Assembly: GCA_002633005.1 (NCBI GenBank)
Contig: NMRA01000284.1
Coordinates: forward strand, 392,978 to 456,977
Source: Phoronis australis
Taxonomy: Eukaryota > Animalia > Phoronida
Reading direction: 5' to 3'
DNA: 64,000 nt
Every line of letters starts with the position of its first letter. Within the stretch, counting starts at the first letter, position 1. A program made the translations under genes and the position numbers. The notes under the pieces were generated by a model. It was not told the origin of the DNA. It worked only from the letters and a program-made list of their open reading frames with translations, and did no database searches. Below are positions 45,501 through 54,500 of the stretch, piece by piece.

Positions 45501-48500
45501 CTGGATACAATAACTATAGATTATCTGCAATCAATACAAAGGCACAACAAACATTTGTACAACTCATTACAAACAACAGCCAACAAAACGATCAAATCTA
45601 TACTGATGGACACTTGCACTGAGGATATGTGCGATGGATCGAGTTACCTGGCTCCCGAAGCGCGGTTTACCTTTTTTGTTTCCAATCTGTGATTTTTTTA
45701 GTGTGTGCGAGATTGAATGCAAATATTTGCATAAAATTTTAGGGTTTGGGCAAGAATAACGAAAGTATCAGCTTCACAAATGAAGTGATGGAATAATGAG
45801 AACCAGGTAGAAATTGATTCCTTTACCTGTAGGACATAACACTAATCAATCACCAATGTTATTCTTATCTATCCCTAATTATAGTTCAATCAGTCGTATT
45901 TAGCACACCTAGTATGAAACCACTTATATATTTTACCTGTATTTCGCAACTTTTGTGGGATTCCCTTTCAAAAATTATGGAAATGCTTTTGAGGGAAAAC
46001 CCCTTGTAATAAAAATATAATAAATCCCCATTTTCTGATAAATTTTGCTTTCTTAAGAAGGTTCTTTATTAAGAAATAGAAGAAAACCTATAACAAAATT
46101 CAACTGAAAAATTTTACATAGTGAAGGCAAAGGCTAATTTTTCGCGCACCAATAATGAATATTTTGTAGTAAATAACAGAAAGTTTATCAAATGTTATTT
46201 TATGACATCTACACAGCACAAACAATGTGCTGTTAACTTGGGTTGCAATGTTTCGTCACCATAAAACAACATTTAGTAAAGTTTACAATATTTGTAGCAA
46301 GATAAGAAATCTTTGATAAATAGATAAATGACAATATTGGAGATTATTTGTGGGGAATAAATGAAATACCGTAGAATAACGTGCAGTATACCTGGAGAAT
46401 TTGGTCAAAATTGCACTATCAAAAGCATTGATGTACAAAGTAGTCAGATAACTTGTACCGCAGTTCATCGCATGCTCAGAAAATCTTGAGTTACATGGAA
46501 ACTCTATTGACACAGAAGGTACTAGCCAAGATATCTAGTGCACAGATTCAGAATTGATTAAATACAGGTGTGGTTTACCTGCAATCATCACTTTGCATAT
46601 ACCCAGCATGGCAAAAGAAACCTACAATAAACCCATAACTTTTTGAAATCCTTAAAGGGGCAATACACTAAACCCACTTACAGTAAAAAGAACGTCAAAG
46701 TTTTAAATACAAGAACAAGATTCACGGCACGGCTTTAAGAATTACTTATGTAAAACAATTGTTGAGAAACCATATGTGGAAATCCCAAGGGTTTGAATAT
46801 AGCACAAGCCAAAACAAGCGGTGTATAATGACAGTGGTTTTGCTAACATAAGAATATGTTGTAATTCTTATTCATTTCTCCACAAACGCACTAATATCAG
46901 CACATTATAAGCAAATGGCAACAAAGCTTCATAATGATTGAGTGAAAATGAATAAGATAATTTTAATATTTTTGCAACAAAGAAATTTAACCATATAAAT
47001 ACGACTCTTTTGCCTCATTGTGTTGTTCCAAACTCAAGAAGCAGGAGAGCTACACAGCGGGAATGCAAATGAACTCAGTTCATAGCTCACATTTGCAGCA
47101 AAATGGCATTTGAAGATTTAGCCTTGCGAAACAGTGAAGGGAATGTCTCACTTGGTAGATTTGTTTTACCAGTTGAAAGTAAATATTCACAATATGTGGG
47201 AAAAGGCGGGAGAGCAAAATGCTTATCTGATTATCTTTAGTAACCAATGAAAATTAGCAGTTGCATCACCTGACGCAACAAATCTCTCTCGCTTAGGTCA
47301 CTGTAATCTGATTCTTGTTGATAGCTTAAACAGCATTACTATCCCAGTTACACAAAGTCCTAAATTGAGCAATTTTACACTAGCTATCATCCTAAATAGA
47401 TCTGCTTTTACAACAGCAGTTCATCTGAAAGAGACAGACTGGTTTAAAAAATCCATGCGTTCCAGCCACCAGTTTCGTTAAACTCTTTACAGAAGCATTT
47501 TAGTGATGTTCATAGCACAATCGCCTTGGTGTTTAAAACATTACCAAGCTTAACCGATCTTGAATTGTTGCCTCATGAAACAGCAACTCATGCGTGCAAC
47601 ACTTGAATTTGCAATTTTAGGATTGGCCAACCCCAATAAACTCTGAAGCAGTTTTTGAGACACTGATGGTTTTGATGTTCTTTTTGGTGACAGAAATGGA
47701 ATCCTATCAAGGTAAGGAATATTAAGAGACCGATCCTGAGAGTAAAAGGTCTAATTCGATCTTTAAGTGTTTAGCCAGCTAAAATGGGCTATATGCAGCT
47801 TCAAGCAGTACCTACATCCAGCAGGATTCCAACAACAAGACGTTTTTAAGGAACTATGAAACGGGACAGAACAACGATACCTAACCTGGGCCTGTAAGGA
47901 AACATGGCCCAACCACAATATACACGCACCTAAGACAACTCCGCTCTCCCATGAAAACCTTGCCATTTCTATCAAGGATGTGGAAAATGGGAGGCTCTCA
48001 AGAAATAGAAAACAGATATCAGTATGTACCATGAAAACCCATTACAAATACATCATACAAGGGTCTGCCATTGAATATCTAGACAGAAGCCCTGCAAGAG
48101 TCTCATGTCAACATGAAGTGCAAGCAGATGAATAGATAGGACTTAATCCCATTGGAAAACAAACTAGGCAATTACAAACTGCTCTTATGTGGCTGGAGTA
48201 AGTCCACAGCTTCATTTCCATCAGTGTAAAATAACGGTGAATTTTCAGTTTGTCAGTTTGTCATAGGACAACACTACAATCACCAAAAGGGAATTAGCAA
48301 GAGTAAAAGTCTTACTAGATGTGGGTTAGAGGCTAAATTGTTGACCGGGATTTCATACAGAAAAAGCAACGGTTAAAAATCCTGATGAATCACAAAATTT
48401 CAAATATTTCACATTTTATGAATCGCAAAATTTCAAATATTTCACATTCTGCTTTTTTAGTTAGAAAGGTCCAATGATTCTGAGAGGGAGTTGTTAAAAT

Positions 48501-51500
48501 TTGGAAACAAACAAAGAATAGAGTTCCAATTAAAACGAAGAATGATTTGTGGAAACTGGTTTGTTAAAAAACTTTTGACAGCATTTCTTTATTACTTTGT
48601 GCAAAAAGCAAGGTAGTGACTTTTTCGAGGGCCCACCAGCAAAAATGCTTAGAACACAATGAAATCCATCAAAGTTTTAACAAACAAAGGTGACAAAAAG
48701 GAGAACCTTCAAACACAACATCCGTTGGGCTAAGATAGAAACTGAAACACCCTCAAAACCCAACTTACCTGTTACCCACAGGCAAAGCGTACAACCTGAG
48801 AAGGGCTGGTGTCAAGTAGTGTATACAAGTTTAATCTCCTGTGTCAGCATCGATAACCCAGGATAATGGACTGCGGTACTGTTGACATACCACAGGCTAC
48901 ACCATTCAAATTTGGCGGCCATTTGATGACCCGCAACGGTCGCTGCTAACGTTTCTAGGTTGTTGAACAGGGATCAATCACACTAAATTGTAGTCAAAAT
49001 GCGATAAGCTATTGACGAAAAGGATGTTGGTTCAACAAGGCAAATACAATAAAAAATGGTTGGCACGCATATTTAATTTGATCTCAGTCTTGTAATTATT
49101 TCCAAATCATGATATTGAATTCACATTAACCCACCCATGGTGAAGAATAAATTAATCAAAAATCACAAATTCATTTAACATTAAGTTGGCTTGAACATAA
49201 TGTCACAATATGCCACTTTGACGCCATGCGTTTGAAGGTTAACACAAGGTCACTCGAAAGGAAAATTTACTTCAACTTTTGTTTGACAAAAATTCTTTCG
49301 TTAAGTTTGTATGGAAACCAGTGGTTCCTAAGATTATTCACCAGAGGGCATTTCAGATTACACAGAAATAGATTTAGCATTTTGCACAGTCCATTCCTTC
49401 TAGTTTTTACACAAGCATGCCTTTCATGTCAAGCTGTCATGTGTTTTCACATTTTTGCCAAAACAAAAAAGCAATGTTCAACAAAATTTTGTCATTAGCG
49501 CCACCTGGTGTTAAGTCCCAGATTTTGTATGTGCAAAGGGTTGATTGCAATACACTTAGACTAAAATAATAAAGAGTTTAAATCACAGCAATTCTTCACT
49601 TATTTAGCGCACACTGTGGCAAACATGTAAAATTCTATTTATGTCAAACTTCTCCACAGAAGTAAAGACAGGTTTGAACCTGTGACCTTTGGCCACACCA
49701 GATAAAAAGTGAGCCTTTTTTCAAAAAGTTGTACCTAGCAAACTTAGTGTAATTAAAGTGGTAACATATGAAACAGAGTGTTGCATTTTCAAAGATGCGC
49801 TTGGGGGCGCACTGCTGCAATGTACTTGCGCCTTTTAATATTTTATGCGCTAATGGCACGAAGACGCTGTCCAGAAACATCCCTGTAAAGAAAAACTATT
49901 CTAGTACTGCCACGGTTTGTAGTGTGTAGATGTCACAAAACAAGATTTGGCAAAGATTCCGCTATTTGTAGCTTACTTGAAAATGAAAAATGAAAATTTT
50001 GCCAATTATTTTTGTGCGAAATGAAAGAAGAATCACCAATTCCCAACACTATGAACATTACAGCAGAGTTCATGCTGCAGTTCTAACAAATTCTAATGTT
50101 GAATAAGAAGATCTGCATTGAAATTGGGATTAATGAATTTTTCTATGTGCTTGCAAACATCATCTGAACAAGAAAGATACATTTCTTTTACTGCAGACTT
50201 ACTTTTTCCCAAAATGACATTATCTTGTTACACGGCTGGAGCGTGACATACGTCCATTTGAGCCAGTTGCAAAATCAACATTTAAATAAAACAGTCATTA
50301 ATTAACATAGAAAACTGTCTCAGTGGTTGGAAACATTTTTGTAATGTTTTCAGCATTGCGGAATGACTTTCAGTGTGTTTTTAAGCACAAAGTAAACATA
50401 ACAGTTAGCCCCACCTTTTACTTAAACATGACATTACTGGTGTGACCAAACGCACCTAAATCAGCCTACTAGTCAGAAGGGCCTTATAGTTGATTACAGG
50501 GTAACACTGTACCACAGTGGGTAACAAAGCTGGTACGTAAGTTTTGTGAGTCCTATGTGGCACATCCTAAAAGGATTTTATGATAGGAAGGGTGTTAACA
50601 CTATCATGACATATCAATACAGGATTATCTTGGAGTACAAACCTTTCCTCAAACAAACACTTCACGCTGTTAAAACTGCCCTAAACTAAACGCTCCACAC
50701 CACAGTATCCAAACACTTAAGACTGCCAATAAAGACATCAAATCCTCATAGACAATATTTGAAATAACATAAAAACATCAAATACAAACAAAGCCCGGAG
50801 TTCTAGAGGACAATGACTTCCAGAGTCAATATCTATTTGGATATTAAGTAATTCTTATTTACAGCAAAAAACTTTATCACCAGTTCACTAAATATTGAAA
50901 AAGCAGTTGGCATACAGCAGCCTGTCGCTGGTCTTATGAATTGTCTTTGATGTTTAGTGGCTATAATGCATGATGATAGGTCTACTGTACACTGAGTGGG
51001 TCAAGGTCGTTAGATGACCTTGATTAGCTGTTCTGATGATGATGATGTCTCAGACATCGAAACATGAAGAAGTTGAAAAATCTCGTTTTTATTCATTTAG
51101 TTCACTAAATGAGTTGGAATAGTTACAACAGGTGATTTCAACTGCACAATCTGAGGTATCTCTATCAGAATTAAGAACTGACCTATCACCAGGACATTGA
51201 GTGACGGCTTAACTGACCATTTAGAACTCATCAATCTTGACACACCTTCGTTTCCAAGCCGCCATTTTACCCCACAAACAACCCGTTGCCTAGTAAAACT
51301 TATCATTTGTTAGTCGACATTACGCAAGGGGGCGGAGCTTACGGTAGGTCAATTAACTAAGTGCTGTTGGATTTCAATTGACCAATAAATTTCTAAACAA
51401 AACCAGAAAAACATCCAAAAATATTAAAGCTTCTAGAATTCACTTTAACAAAGTTTTATAGAACCCTAGAAAAAATGTCCAAAATTAACTTCTAAACACC

Positions 51501-54500
51501 ACGGATTTTATGAAATTACTCAAAGTGTGCACAAAATTAAAAGAAAATAATTTAGAAAACTGTTCAACAGCATTTTTGACAATTCATAATGAACAACCTT
51601 GATAAATCAAACAACGCATTTAGAGGGGGCAATGTTGTCTTCTGAGATAAGAGTCTGCCTCCTCCTTAAAAGATCTTTGGTTTGAATTCTAATGGACCCA
51701 TGCACTGCTAGACCCTTGAGTCCGCCCTCTACTAGCTCCTCACCTCGGTCTTAATTTGTATATTATGTGTTATGTGCGATCATTAATAAATGAAAAATCG
51801 TTTCAGGTATCTGATGTAACGGGCCTGACTGAGAGGCCTGAGCACGTCTGATGCAACGTGTACTAGAACACATGCACTATCTTTTGCAGTGCACTAATCT
51901 ATCTCTGCAAAAGAGGAGAGTTGAAAATATTTCAATACTAGAAGCCAATGGGTTACGATAACACATCTCCGCTCGGGTCCTGTTTCTGAGGTCGACTGCT
52001 GCGGGGGAACTAAAAATTCAGTTAGAAATTGCAAAATCTGTGATGTCTAGTAAATGCATCACCTTACTGGTAAAGTATGTTAACTGCCAATTACGTGCCT
52101 GCCTGTACGTCCAAGAAAATTATGAGAATTGTGAATGATTTGTGAACAAAACATACAGTGACACCTATTGTAAGTTGGATTTCAAGGACACAGAAAAATA
52201 GAAAATGAGTCAGGCCAGTTGATGGTAATGTAGGATGCATCTTAGAAGAGTGTCCAAATTTGGTTAAATTTGGAACATCAGGTCTCAGAAATGGCAGATT
52301 GGATTCACATCAAACTTTCAGATACAATGACTTATGTACTGTTGTTCAAAATGCTTGTTTTAAAAATGTTTCACTTTTGCATGAGAGACTAACAGAAATA
52401 GGTTTTTCATGGTTTGTATGAGGAAACTAACAGCATTTTTGAGATTTCATCTAAAACATTTTATATAAAACAAAATTTAATTATGCTCTTATACCTTTGG
52501 GTGCATCTCTCTTTTTTATGAATATTACTAAAAACGTAGTTCCAGTCAAAATTGAAATTCTACAGGCTGTCTGCTATCTGGAAATAACTATTTTCACCGA
52601 GTTAAATTCTATAGTTTTGGAAATATTTGATAAAATCCACAGATTTGTTGATAAGGTCCTACACAATCTTAAGTGACACAGAAGGCAGAAAATGATTTGT
52701 TTATTTATTTATTATAATTGTAATATAGTTCATAGTGCTTTCCATCATGGCCCTCACATTTGAGTTAGTTTAAACTGAGTGCACTTTCCATGTACAATCA
52801 TCATTGTTTAAACAACGATGTGCGACACGCAAATGGACAAATAATGATCACTAGACATCATCTTCTAACTACGGCCTTCTCATGAGAACGTAAGTAAATA
52901 AATGTCACCCAGAGTCAAAAAATAAAGACTGTCGCAAAACATCTGTAACCCTATTCAAAGTGTTACAGTTGTCTTTCAAAAATAAGGTGACATGAAAGGA
53001 AGAAGAAAATATTTGAATTGATATGCAATGAATGATTTAAACCCAAAATAAATATAAATGAAAATAAAAGGACGCGTACAGTCAGTACTTGAGTTTATTG
53101 CCAAAAAACTTGGGCATTGACCCTTCTTCAGTTAGGAGGGAGGGAAAATACAGACCACTCACAACGAGGCGGTAGGTCACATATGACAACAGATAAAACA
53201 GATGACTATCAGACTGTCCATGAGCATGAATAGGCCAGGCACCTAGATATGAAAACCAAACTGAAAGGCAGAGAACACATGTGGCTTCACTGGGGAAAAT
53301 AAATGGCAAAGTAAGTTAGCGTAGTGAAAAAGAAATTATTATACACAAAATATAGTTATAGAAAAAATCCAAAATGTTTGCATAAATTCATCTGGATTCA
53401 TTGAACTTGTGGCAAAGAATCAAAAGGAAATAATATAACACCATAGATCACTTGAAAGCAGCTGAAAATTTTTGCACCAAATTTTGTTCTCTGTTTCCAA
53501 TGGAAAGAAATATCGTCTGTTGTTTTTACAACTACTGGGTAGGTACTGAAAAAGGTATGGCTAAGTCATGTCAAAAGTAAAACGATTTTGATTCTCAGCA
53601 CACATTATTTCGAGAACCTGGTCATGATAGTTCAAAATGTGAGCACTGCAGTAACTTTCTGGTATATATGCAGTGACTCACAATATGAGCTCAGCAGGTG
53701 TAGCCCACACTACAAAAGTATCAGGGACTACCATAATTCTTTTGGAAACAGTCATTTTACCTTAGCAATTTTGCATAAAAAGAGCTCAGTGAGGTTTTTA
53801 GTAAAAAAATATCTGGGCTCTTTTGGAAAATTCTATTCAACGCCCTCATTCAGCCATGGGAATTTAAGATATATTGTAATAGGAAGGTTTCACGTTGTGG
53901 GCACTTCAGCTACTAGGAGAGAAGTCTGAGGACATAACTTTTGAAAAGTGAACAATTACTTTAAAGATCTTGGCCATGTTTTCTCCACATTAATATACAA
54001 AGGACAGACTCACTCATGGCTTTCCAAAAGAGCCTTCACTGTGGCCCAGTTTTCTTGTTGGGTACTAAATGCTAATTCCAAAACATCCCCAAGGAAGCTT
54101 TTCCTCGGTTCATTCAGAAATCTCTGGTACTACAATAGACAATTAGCAACAATACCTTTATCGGCGTGCTGTTCATTGGCTGCCTGACATCCGAATATGA
54201 ACCCACTCTTTTGCTCCTGATTGGCTGTCCTCCTTCAGCAATTCGCCTGACACCTGGTGTCAGATCAGCTAAATGCAGAGAAGCCAGGTTTTCTGCATTG
54301 TCCCTAGGTAAGGATGGAGAAACAATCATGAGCCTGTGAGGAAACTGGATAAATAATTTTCAAGAAGATAATAAAGTCTTCATGGAATCTCTAAATTTCT
54401 TGTTTACTCAATTTGAAAAAAAGAGAAAATCAAGATTCTTTTTCTTCCAAATTATTAGAAACAAATAACATTAGATGAGGAATATTTACAGAAATGCAGT

